Assembly: GCA_963664305.2 (NCBI GenBank)
Contig: CAXXLV010000002.1
Location: 992,001-1,056,000 of the forward strand
Length of the DNA: 64,000 nt
Direction of reading: 5' to 3'
DNA from: an uncultured Aliarcobacter sp.
Lineage (GTDB): Bacteria > Campylobacterota > Campylobacteria > Campylobacterales > Arcobacteraceae
Part shown: one piece after another, positions 20,721 to 29,837 of the stretch
How the letters are laid out: the number at the start of each line of letters is the position of its first letter
Numbering within the stretch: position 1 is the first letter of the stretch
Position numbers and translations under genes: made by a program
Notes under the pieces: generated by a model
Seen by the model: the letters and a program-made list of their open reading frames with translations, nothing else
Told to the model about the DNA's origin: nothing
The model's database searches: none

Positions 20721-21011
20721 TTTTTACCAACTCCAAATTCAGTGTATATATATTTCAATATTATCTCTAATATTAAATTATATACATTGTAATACATCTT
20801 AATTATATAACATTAATAATATTAAAATTATTTAAAATATAATAAAAGATGTGAATGTATTATCACTACAATATTATATTAATTAAGATAAGTTCAAACA
20901 TCTAAAGATATTATCACAATTTTAAATCTACAATTCAAAATTACAATATCAAACAATGAAAAACATTGCTTGTTAATTGTATTAATACACTTAATTTGGG
21001 ATTGGTAAAAA
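20721..21011. repeat. AT-rich segment bounded by 27-bp imperfect inverted repeats (candidate origin/regulatory region)
   Basis: 20721-20747 vs reverse complement of 20985-21011 match at 24/27. Confidence 0.65.
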
Positions 21012-21072
21012 ATTTCAAAATTTCTCAAAAAAGTTTGAAATGTAGTTAATTCCAAAATCATAAATACTTAAA

Positions 21073-21873
21073 ATGAATAGTAATACAAAAAAAAGGATTA
21101 CTATGAATTTACTTGCAGATATTATTTCAGATGAAGATTTTCTTAATTTTAAAGTTAATCAATTAAGAAGAGATTATGAAAATAGACTTTATAAAAAGAT
21201 TACTCAATACTCAATGATTGCAGTTGAAAGAAGAATCAGAGATAATGAAAAAATCAAAGATGCACTAAATAAAGAATGGGATGATAAATTAGAATTTAAA
21301 AAACCAAAAGAACTTCAAAACACTAAATTTTCTGATTGGTATATTAAACAACTAAAAAGCATTAAAACCAATTGGAAAGCTTTAGAAGATGCACTTATTG
21401 GAAAAGTTGCTAAGGAGTATTTACACCAAGTTGAAGGTAGATATTTTAAAGAGTTAAGAAAAGTATATAAAAAATTAAATCTTGAATTTTCAGATGAACA
21501 TACAAATTTTATTAGTGAACTAAGATTAGAATCAATGGTTGAAGATAATATCAAATGGTTAAAAAGACACTATAACTCTTTTAGAATGATTAAATCACAT
21601 AAAGCAATATATGATAAGGAATACTATTTAAATGTTACCAAAATCAAAAATAATATTGGTACAAGAGCCGATGCAAATAAAAAAATAGGAATTGATAAAG
21701 TTGATAAGAGTAAAACACTTGTACTAATTACAGCAATAAAACTAAATGAACAAAAAATCAAAATTACTATTTCAAGCATCACAAAAGAGATAGCTAAAAA
21801 TGGTTCAAAATCTTTAGGCAAAACACAAGTTGCAAAATATTTAAAATTACTAAGGGATGAAGGTCAAATATGA
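21073..21873 (+). CDS. hypothetical protein with C-terminal HTH (Rep-like)
   Basis: KITISSITKEIAKNGSKSLGKTQVAKYL resembles C-terminal HTH of plasmid Rep proteins; ATGA overlap with relaxase. Confidence 0.5.
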   Translation: MNSNTKKRITMNLLADIISDEDFLNFKVNQLRRDYENRLYKKITQYSMIAVERRIRDNEKIKDALNKEWDDKLEFKKPKELQNTKFSDWYIKQLKSIKTNWKALEDALIGKVAKEYLHQVEGRYFKELRKVYKKLNLEFSDEHTNFISELRLESMVEDNIKWLKRHYNSFRMIKSHKAIYDKEYYLNVTKIKNNIGTRADANKKIGIDKVDKSKTLVLITAIKLNEQKIKITISSITKEIAKNGSKSLGKTQVAKYLKLLRDEGQI

Positions 21874-23114
21874 AAGATTTCATTTCTGTTAGTTTAATGA
21901 CCCATTCAAAGGATTATATTTCACAAGTTGAAAGTCATAATATTAATAGAGAAGATATTGATTATTTATTGGATAAAGAGGATAGATTAGGCAACTATTC
22001 AGAAAGCTTTTCACCTGTTGAAGATGTAGTTCAAATTGTAAATGTAAGTGCTGGAACTTATGCAGAGAATTTAAAGAATTTTTATGCAAATTACAAAGCT
22101 AGTTCAAGAACTCTAAAAGATAATCTTGATTTTTTAGAAAGTGTTAGAAAATCTCAACAAAAAGAGAAAGGCTTCAAAGATAAACAAAAAAAACACTTGA
22201 TTGAATTTTCTGTGAACTTATCAGAAGAAAAAACAAAAGAGTATTTAAAAAATGGGGTAGATATAAAAGCTGGATTTCAACAATATGTAAAAGACTTAAG
22301 AAAAATGGGTATTCATACACTTCAATTAGATTTTCATACGGATGAAGGCTATTATAAAAACAATACTCATCATCATAATTTCCATGCCCATATAGTAGCT
22401 TATAACTATAACTTTAGCACAAAGAAAGCAATTGCATCAAATTTTAGGAAAAAAGATTATAGAAAACTTCAAACCCTTGCCCAAAATTCATTTAAAGCTG
22501 TTGGGCTTAATTATAAAAGGGGTTATAGTAAATTTATTACAAATAAAGTACATCTAAGAAGAGATGACTATATCCATGAACAAAAGAAAAAAGAGAAAAA
22601 TCTTTTATTTAAAGAAATAACTGCTTTACAAAAGGATTTACAGGAGTTAAAATCAAAAGTAGAACTTGAAGAGATTAATGTACAAGATTACCAAAAATGG
22701 AATGAAGAGATAAAATCTGGACTAAAAGATTTTATAAAATCACATACAATAAAAAATGATAATAAATATCAAATTAAGTCAATTAAAAGTTTTTATGATG
22801 AATTAGTTGACCTAGTTGATTATGTTTCAAATTTCGATATAAAATTAGAAGAGTTAGAAAAAGTAAGTTCAACAAATCAGATTTTAAAAGCAAAAATTGA
22901 ATCTTTAACAAAAGAAAAAGAACAATTTCTCAAAGCTTTAGAAAAACTTAAATTGTATGAAAGCAAGATTAAATCCTTAGTAGATAAAAAAGACACTTTA
23001 GAAGATGAAAACTATCAATTAATGCAGTATTTAAAAGATAAAGAATTAGAGGATGATTTTAAATCTTTTATTTCAAATTTAAAAAAATATAACTTGAATG
23101 ATATAGGTAGGTAG
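21870..23114 (+). CDS. MOBV (Mob/Pre) family relaxase
   Basis: SHNINR (motif I), IEFSV, FHTDEG...NFHAHIV (HxDE..HxH), LQT...GL..KRG, coiled-coil C-terminus. Confidence 0.8.
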   Translation: MKDFISVSLMTHSKDYISQVESHNINREDIDYLLDKEDRLGNYSESFSPVEDVVQIVNVSAGTYAENLKNFYANYKASSRTLKDNLDFLESVRKSQQKEKGFKDKQKKHLIEFSVNLSEEKTKEYLKNGVDIKAGFQQYVKDLRKMGIHTLQLDFHTDEGYYKNNTHHHNFHAHIVAYNYNFSTKKAIASNFRKKDYRKLQTLAQNSFKAVGLNYKRGYSKFITNKVHLRRDDYIHEQKKKEKNLLFKEITALQKDLQELKSKVELEEINVQDYQKWNEEIKSGLKDFIKSHTIKNDNKYQIKSIKSFYDELVDLVDYVSNFDIKLEELEKVSSTNQILKAKIESLTKEKEQFLKALEKLKLYESKIKSLVDKKDTLEDENYQLMQYLKDKELEDDFKSFISNLKKYNLNDIGR

Positions 23115-23223
23115 GGTTATTGTGTCGAACTTAGATTGTCAAGAGTTCTTGACCGAACAACTTTTTTTAAAAAGTTAGCCATTTTAATGGCGAAGTGAGC
23201 CAGACACAATAACCTACCCTACC
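23106..23223. other. multi-branched palindromic element (candidate oriT or single-strand origin)
   Basis: 12-bp closing stem 23115-23126/23203-23214 enclosing three perfect hairpins. Confidence 0.55.
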
Positions 23224-23348
23224 CAATGAATTCAAATATGAAGAAATATTACAAAATATATTGAAATAATTACTAGAAATATTAAATATATTATTAAAAA
23301 TACTTTACCTAACTTAAAATAGATTGTATCTATTATGAAAGGTATAAC

Positions 23349-23786
23349 ATGAGTGAATTAAAAAAAGTTGAACTTACTATAAATACAGATTTTTATTTAT
23401 GCAAGTTTGAAAATAAGACAAAATTAAGTTTAAAAAAAGAGTTTGTGGAAGCTGCAATAGCATCAAGCCATATTGAGAATTTAGTAATATTTTTAGCTAA
23501 TCAAGTATTTGAGGATGAAAACTTCTTCAAAAGACAAAAAGTAGTTGCATTAAGCAATCTAATCAAGGATTTAAAATCATATGTAAATGAGAGTGATAAA
23601 TACTCATTAAATCTGATTATAAAGAATTTAAAAAGCTATCACAAAATTGAAAAAGAGGATAAATACTTCATCTTAAAAGATGAAAAAATGTTTATCATTG
23701 AAGCACTTATCAAAGTTGCATTTAGTAGTTCTTTTAATCAAATTTTAAAAGATATGTATAAAATCAAATCAAAGGATGTAGCATGA
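23349..23786 (+). CDS. hypothetical protein
   Basis: 145-aa ORF with GAAAGG RBS. Confidence 0.7.
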   Translation: MSELKKVELTINTDFYLCKFENKTKLSLKKEFVEAAIASSHIENLVIFLANQVFEDENFFKRQKVVALSNLIKDLKSYVNESDKYSLNLIIKNLKSYHKIEKEDKYFILKDEKMFIIEALIKVAFSSSFNQILKDMYKIKSKDVA

Positions 23787-23965
23787 TTTTTTTAATAGTT
23801 AGTTTATTAAGAGATTACAAATATCAAATTACTGAAGAAAATTGTGTTCAGTTCATTAGAGATTTAATTGAAAGAATTGATGCTGAACAAATGGAACAAG
23901 TAAACAAAATCAAAGAGATGATTGAAAATGATAGAGAAAATCATCATGATGGGTTTGGAAGATAA
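23783..23965 (+). CDS. hypothetical protein
   Basis: AAGGA RBS, ATGA overlap with the upstream gene. Confidence 0.6.
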   Translation: MIFLIVSLLRDYKYQITEENCVQFIRDLIERIDAEQMEQVNKIKEMIENDRENHHDGFGR

Positions 23966-23971
23966 TAATTT

Positions 23972-24000
23972 AAAATAGAAGCATTTTAGCTTCTATTTTT
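23972..24000. terminator. bidirectional terminator
   Basis: aaaatagaagc-atttta-gcttctatttt between convergent ORFs. Confidence 0.75.
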
Positions 24001-24085
24001 TAGGAGGATTATTACCTCTTCCTCCTCCAGATGGATTTCCTGTTGTTGATGGTCCATTAGGTGGTCTAACTCCTGATTTTGCCAT
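23993..24085 (-). CDS. 30-aa Gly/Pro/Asn-rich peptide, not in ORF track
   Basis: MAKSGVRPPNGPSTTGNPSGGGRGNNPPKK; AAGGA RBS; every internal third codon position is A/T. Confidence 0.7.
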   Translation of the reverse strand: MAKSGVRPPNGPSTTGNPSGGGRGNNPPKK

Positions 24086-24121
24086 TGTGTTTCCTTTTAA
24101 ATTAAAATATTGAATTATCTA

Positions 24122-24313
24122 TTATTTGAATAATGGAAAATTCTCTAAAGGGTCGTAAGAAAATGGCTTTTCGTCAGAAAAACCAAAACCATAGTTACCT
24201 TTACCATAAACAGAAGATGAAGAAATAGAGTTTTTTGATTTTATATTATTATTGTTTTTTGATATACAAATTTTATTATTACTCACTTGATTTTTAGAGC
24301 CATTTTTTGACAT
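24122..24313 (-). CDS. 63-aa Ser/Asn/Lys-rich peptide
   Basis: GAAAGGA RBS; TATAAT at 24345-24350 on - strand. Confidence 0.6.
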   Translation of the reverse strand: MSKNGSKNQVSNNKICISKNNNNIKSKNSISSSSVYGKGNYGFGFSDEKPFSYDPLENFPLFK

Positions 24314-24371
24314 ATTATTTCCTTTCTCTTGTTTAGATAGGAAAATTATATAGGAGATTTTTAAGAAAAAA

Positions 24372-25697
24372 TTACCCTAAAGTTGATAATTTTTTAAAAT
24401 ATTCTGAAATAATATTTATACATTCTATTAGATTACTATTATTTTTTATTAATTCTACATATTCATCTAAATTTTTATCTATACCTCCCATAGATAATAG
24501 TGTTCCAAAATCTCTATCTAAATATTTATATTTTTCATTAAATAAAACTTTGTTTTCTATTTTTATAGCAATAATAAATCTTACAAAATTATTCGCACTA
24601 TTTATATTATGAGAATATAATTCTTCAGATGGAACATCTTTAATAATATTTAATAATTCTATATAGTCATTTTGATTTTTACATTTAGAAAAATTTTCTA
24701 TTATTAATTTTTTATTGGGAAATGTGATATTTATAGTTTTATTAGGGTAATTATAGTCAAAAAATTTATCCATTCTCAATTTTAATGTTGTTAATGTCTC
24801 AGAAATAGGTATTTTATCTATATTTTCAAAAGGAGGAAAACAAATAAGATATTCTTGCTGTAATTCTAATATTTGCTCTTCTGTATTTTTTAAATAATGT
24901 TCTCTCATAATACTTCTAAAAAATTCTAATTGTTTAATAAATTTTTTTTTATTATCTTCTACAATTTGGTATTCATTCTGAATATATAACAATCCTCTTA
25001 TTATTAACAATTGAATAAAAACTCCTATTTTTTCAGGAGTATGTCCTTTAGAGATAGTATTTAATATTACTAATATTTTAACAAAACTAGGAAATTCCTT
25101 ATTATTTTTCCATTTTGATAAATCCTTTTCAAAAGTAGAAAAACTAACTTCTTCGATAGAAACATTTTTTTTGCTATATGAATCATACATTTCTGAATTT
25201 TTATATGATAATTGAACTGCTAACTCTTTTTGTGTTTTTACTTTTGAAACTTGTTTGCATCTATTTAAAAAAGGCATAAGACTATTCTCTCTTAATGATT
25301 CATCAAACAAACTAATATCTATATTTTTAGAAATCATTTTTTCAATAATAAATCCAATCTGAAATGCAAACAAGTTTATATACATTTCATTCTCAAGAAT
25401 AGACTGTTTAAAAATTTTATAGTTATTAGATATATTAGTTATTTGATGTACATAAAATTGATTTAATTCATTATCTCCTAATAAATAATCAATAAAAAAA
25501 ATATGAAAGATATGTGATTCACGAGTTAATTGTTGTATATAATTTTCATTACTTAATAAATTATCATTTTTTAAAAAATTATTGTAAGCTTCTTCATCAG
25601 CTTGTTTATCTCGTTTTATTTTAAAAATATCTAATGGTTCAAATACTCTATGATTAACACCAAAAATATTCCAAAATACACTATTAAAATCTTTCAA
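24372..25697 (-). CDS. hypothetical protein with possible XRE-like HTH segment
   Basis: TQKELAVQL...STFEKDLSKWKNNKEFPS; TTG start with AAGGA RBS. Confidence 0.6.
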   Translation of the reverse strand: MKDFNSVFWNIFGVNHRVFEPLDIFKIKRDKQADEEAYNNFLKNDNLLSNENYIQQLTRESHIFHIFFIDYLLGDNELNQFYVHQITNISNNYKIFKQSILENEMYINLFAFQIGFIIEKMISKNIDISLFDESLRENSLMPFLNRCKQVSKVKTQKELAVQLSYKNSEMYDSYSKKNVSIEEVSFSTFEKDLSKWKNNKEFPSFVKILVILNTISKGHTPEKIGVFIQLLIIRGLLYIQNEYQIVEDNKKKFIKQLEFFRSIMREHYLKNTEEQILELQQEYLICFPPFENIDKIPISETLTTLKLRMDKFFDYNYPNKTINITFPNKKLIIENFSKCKNQNDYIELLNIIKDVPSEELYSHNINSANNFVRFIIAIKIENKVLFNEKYKYLDRDFGTLLSMGGIDKNLDEYVELIKNNSNLIECINIISEYFKKLSTLG

Positions 25698-25741
25698 TAT
25701 TTTTTATAATTCCTTTTTATTCTAAATCATTAAAATATTTA

Positions 25742-26959
25742 TTATGCTAACAGCGAAGTAATTTTTTCCCAATCAAAATTAAACCCTTTATTTCTTACAT
25801 AATATGAACCAGACTCTTTAAATACTAGCCCTAATTGTCCCCATAATTGAAATTCATTAGTAAATTTTTTTGCACCTTGTCCAGAAATCAAACCTTTTTC
25901 AATTAACTTTTCAATCACATTTTCTATTGCAATATCTCTATTATCAAAACCTTTATTTCTTGTATATTTTTCAATATCAAGAATTAAATCTAAATGTTTT
26001 CCTTCAATTAAAAGAATTTTAGCAACATAGTCATAAAATGTTCTACTTGTTGGTCCATGAATTTTACCAATTTTATGTAATTCATACCCAATTTCTGTCA
26101 AGTATCCGAATTCATCCCATGCTCCAATATGGTCAATAAAAGGAAAAAAGTTTTTTCTATATTGCCAATATGTAATATCTCCTGTTCCTTGTATATTTGT
26201 AGACACACTTAATTCATTTAAAGCTTCTTCTCTAGTTAAAATTCCATCTTCAATTTGTTTTTTCCATTTTGCTAGTTTTTTTTTCATTGGTTTATATTTT
26301 TCACCGTTAACTAACTGAATTTCACTTTCATACTCTTCAAATTGATTTCTATATTGTTCTGGATATACATATTCTAAAAAAAATTTATTCCATATGTTTC
26401 TTTTTCTATCACCCTCATCATCAATCTTGTAAGATATATCCAAAAGTACCCATAAAGCATGTAATGGTAAATCAATCCATTTTGCCCAATATCTACCAGA
26501 CTGTGCTTCACTTAAAGTTAATTGTCCAATATTAATTTCAACTGTAGGCTCTTTATGAATTAAAATATTCGTTGGATTCTGATAATCGTATACAACTAAT
26601 GCAACAGGCATTTTATTTTTAATATTTTCTTCATATATCCTATCCATATATGTTCCCATATCAAAATGTTCTACTCGAGATGGAATAGCTAGATAAGATA
26701 ATGAATGTTTATCTAAATAAGCAATTGATTGTCCTAAACCAGTTAATATACCTCTTTTTGTTTCAGTAGGAGGCTTAAACTCTAATGCAGAAGAAAAATT
26801 ATTCGAAGGGTCAAAAAAAGTTCCATCAGGAGAAGGAAAATTACTTTCACTTTTAGTTAAAAAAACTCCATTAGATAAAATCTGAGAATCCCCATCAATT
26901 TTCCATTTAGCAAGTAAAGTTTCAATTACTTGCTTAGCCATATTATCATGTGCAGTCAT
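25742..26959 (-). CDS. putative restriction endonuclease, PD-(D/E)xK
   Basis: SPDG-x11-LEFK then GQSIAY; TAATG-coupled to the methyltransferase. Confidence 0.7.
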   Translation of the reverse strand: MTAHDNMAKQVIETLLAKWKIDGDSQILSNGVFLTKSESNFPSPDGTFFDPSNNFSSALEFKPPTETKRGILTGLGQSIAYLDKHSLSYLAIPSRVEHFDMGTYMDRIYEENIKNKMPVALVVYDYQNPTNILIHKEPTVEINIGQLTLSEAQSGRYWAKWIDLPLHALWVLLDISYKIDDEGDRKRNIWNKFFLEYVYPEQYRNQFEEYESEIQLVNGEKYKPMKKKLAKWKKQIEDGILTREEALNELSVSTNIQGTGDITYWQYRKNFFPFIDHIGAWDEFGYLTEIGYELHKIGKIHGPTSRTFYDYVAKILLIEGKHLDLILDIEKYTRNKGFDNRDIAIENVIEKLIEKGLISGQGAKKFTNEFQLWGQLGLVFKESGSYYVRNKGFNFDWEKITSLLA

Positions 26960-29196
26960 TAGTTTTCCTTTTCAGAACTAGTAATTAATGAATATTTTGC
27001 TAAGTTACTTAAATTATCTTCTTTCCAATTATTCTGTATTGTTTTAGAAATAGCATTGGCAATACTTTCAGCCGCTAAGGGAGGAAATGCATTACCAACT
27101 TGAATACATTGTTGTCCTTGAGGTCCAAAGAATCTAATACTATCAGGAAATGACTGAATCCTTGCTGCTTCTCTTATTGTTAATTGTCTATGTAACCACG
27201 GATGTATTGGAAATGCGCTATGTCCTGGTACAATTGTTGGACTTGGAGAATTTCTATCTAACCTAAAAAAAACTTTACTAAAACTCTTTATTTCTTTGCC
27301 TGTTTTACTATATTTTAAATGCTCTGGCAAGACTGTAGGATTAATTTTCTTACCTTCTTCAATGTATGAAAATCTTTCCTTTACATCCTCAGAATGATTC
27401 ATTGGCATATGACTTTTTAAATCACAATATGTACTATCACATGATAGGTCACTAATTACTTCATTAATTGTCCGATATGGTTTTTGCCAATCTTTTGGCT
27501 CTTTATAGTACTTAGGTTTTGGCCATGGAATAATATTTCCAGTTCTATTTGCTATTAATATAAACCTTTTTCTAGTTTGTGCTACTCCATAATCTGCTGT
27601 ATTAATTATCTTAAAATCATGGTTTTTATATCCTAATTCTTCAATTTCATTAATTAAATATTTCAAGAAAAAACCATCATCCAAATTTGTAAATCCAGCA
27701 ACATTTTCCATTACAATCCACTTTGGATTAAGTTCTTTAATATAATCTACAAAAGTATAAACAAGTTTATTTCTAGGGTCTAAATGGGGGTCATAATCTT
27801 TATCTGTATTTTTAAACCTTCTTTTACCAAACATCGAAAAACCTTGACAAGGAGGACCACCAACAAGTACATCTATAGTTTCATTTTTTTTCAATTGTTT
27901 TTTAACAATAGAAATTAATTCTTCTTTATTTTTAGATAAAGATAAATCTCCTTTTATAAAAGGTATTTCAGGAAAATTATATTGATGAGTTTTTGCTGCA
28001 AAATCATTTATATCAGAACTTACAAGAGGTTTTATCCCTGCATTTTTAAATCCAAGAGTAATACCTCCTGCTCCACAAAATAAATCTACACAAGTTAATT
28101 CTTTTTTTGTGTTTTTTGATTTTAAATTATTTCCAAAAGGATTATTTGTTAATAAAGTATTCTTTTTTATTAATAAATGTTTTTCCTTGTAATCAGTATT
28201 CTCTTTCTCTAAATGACTAAATATCGATTGTGCTAATCTTGCACCTAATAATGGAGGTACGGCATTGCCAACCATAATACATTGTCTTCTTCTATCTCCT
28301 GTAAAAATAAATGAATCTGGAAATGACTGAATCCTTGCTGCTTCTCTTGGTGTTAAACTTCTATTTTCTGTAGGATGAATAGGAAAAGCATTATTTCCAG
28401 GAACCATAGTGGGAGAAAAATCTTCTCTATGCAATCTATTGTATGTATTTCCAAAATTTTTTCTTCTAATATCTTCTGGCAATTCTTCTGGAGGAGGTAA
28501 TTTACCTCCTTCTGGTATTAATTTATATCTTCTTATCACTATTTCACTATGACTTAAAATTAAATGGTTTGGAAAACCATCTTTTTCTAATAAATCCATA
28601 ATTGCTTCACCTACATTTTTTTTAGGTATTAAAGCCCCAACACTTACCTCTTTCTTTTCTGGATAAAAATATGGATTATCCAATTTAGTTCCAACAATAA
28701 TAACCCTCTCTCTTTTTTGAGGGATTCCATAATCTGAAGCATTCAAAATATTAAAATAAATGTTATATCCAATAGAAGCAAATGAATTTGCAATATCAAC
28801 AAGATATTTACCTCCAAACATTGATTTAATACCTTTAACATTTTCAAAAACAAAACATTTTGGTTCTAAATCTTTTACTAATCTAACATATGCTTCAAAT
28901 AATAAATTTCTAGGGTCGCTAGAATTTTTATCACCCATAACTGAGAAACCTTGACAAGGAGGTCCACCTATTATTACATCCGGTTTTATATTATTTGTTT
29001 GTTCAAGTATTTCTTTTGCTGTAATTGTTCTTATATCTTTATTTATGAATGGAATGTTAGGATAATTGTAGTTATATGTTCTTTTACATTCTGCTTCAAT
29101 ATCTGATGCACAAATTATATTAAATCTACCATCTTCTTTAAATCCTATATCCAAACCCCCAGCTCCGGTAAATAATGAAACCACATTATATTTCAA
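26959..29196 (-). CDS. double-domain DNA cytosine-5 methyltransferase
   Basis: two full motif sets: LFTGAGG/GGPPCQGFS/ENV/Q.RER/GNAV and LFCGAGG/GGPPCQGFS/ENV/Q.RKR/GNAF. Confidence 0.93.
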   Translation of the reverse strand: MKYNVVSLFTGAGGLDIGFKEDGRFNIICASDIEAECKRTYNYNYPNIPFINKDIRTITAKEILEQTNNIKPDVIIGGPPCQGFSVMGDKNSSDPRNLLFEAYVRLVKDLEPKCFVFENVKGIKSMFGGKYLVDIANSFASIGYNIYFNILNASDYGIPQKRERVIIVGTKLDNPYFYPEKKEVSVGALIPKKNVGEAIMDLLEKDGFPNHLILSHSEIVIRRYKLIPEGGKLPPPEELPEDIRRKNFGNTYNRLHREDFSPTMVPGNNAFPIHPTENRSLTPREAARIQSFPDSFIFTGDRRRQCIMVGNAVPPLLGARLAQSIFSHLEKENTDYKEKHLLIKKNTLLTNNPFGNNLKSKNTKKELTCVDLFCGAGGITLGFKNAGIKPLVSSDINDFAAKTHQYNFPEIPFIKGDLSLSKNKEELISIVKKQLKKNETIDVLVGGPPCQGFSMFGKRRFKNTDKDYDPHLDPRNKLVYTFVDYIKELNPKWIVMENVAGFTNLDDGFFLKYLINEIEELGYKNHDFKIINTADYGVAQTRKRFILIANRTGNIIPWPKPKYYKEPKDWQKPYRTINEVISDLSCDSTYCDLKSHMPMNHSEDVKERFSYIEEGKKINPTVLPEHLKYSKTGKEIKSFSKVFFRLDRNSPSPTIVPGHSAFPIHPWLHRQLTIREAARIQSFPDSIRFFGPQGQQCIQVGNAFPPLAAESIANAISKTIQNNWKEDNLSNLAKYSLITSSEKEN

Positions 29197-29310
29197 TCTG
29201 ATACACCTTTCTACTTATATTAACTCTGATAAATTAAAGATTGTATCGAAAATCTACTATTTTCCTCTTTAAATTCTTAAATGCTCGTTTAGTTATCATA
29301 GTAGCCAAAA

Positions 29311-29775
29311 TTAATTGGCTATTTTTTCTTTTTCTTTAGTTCTTACAGTTTCACAACCATATTTTGATTTAATATCATCAAGTGATTTTTCTTTAGGGTT
29401 TCGCCCTTTCATTTCTCCATAGTACCACATCTTTTTTTTAGATGCCCACTTAAAATTTAATTCCTTAAGATTATCTTTAATTGACTTTGTATCACCACTT
29501 AACCATATCCAAGAACCAACGACTTCAATAACAATATTTTCAAAATGTAAAATCTGAGAAATGATTTTTTCTATTTCTAAATCAAATTTAAATTCATTTG
29601 AAAAGTTGATTTTATTTTCAATTATGTTTGTATAAATACTATTTAACATTTTAAAAAGTTCATCAGAACCACCAACATCTGGATGTAATTTCTTTGCTAG
29701 TTGCTTATATATCTTTTTAGCTTCATTAATCCCTTCTATTCCTTTAAATTGCTCTTCTATTTGTGAATGTGTCAT
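29311..29775 (-). CDS. J-domain (DnaJ-like) protein of mobile-element type
   Basis: YKQLAKKLHPDVGG plus GSWIWLSGDT...LKELNFKW..KKKMWY C-domain. Confidence 0.8.
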   Translation of the reverse strand: MTHSQIEEQFKGIEGINEAKKIYKQLAKKLHPDVGGSDELFKMLNSIYTNIIENKINFSNEFKFDLEIEKIISQILHFENIVIEVVGSWIWLSGDTKSIKDNLKELNFKWASKKKMWYYGEMKGRNPKEKSLDDIKSKYGCETVRTKEKEKIAN

Positions 29776-29837
29776 TTTGTCTTTCCTTTAAAAAATTTAC
29801 CTTTTTTGAAGATTTTTGAGGGGATTGTCTTTATCTT

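Noticed and set aside
23106..23223. tRNA or retron msr-msd
   Set aside because: No T-loop, anticodon arm or CCA; loops are 2 nt; no reverse transcriptase in the window.
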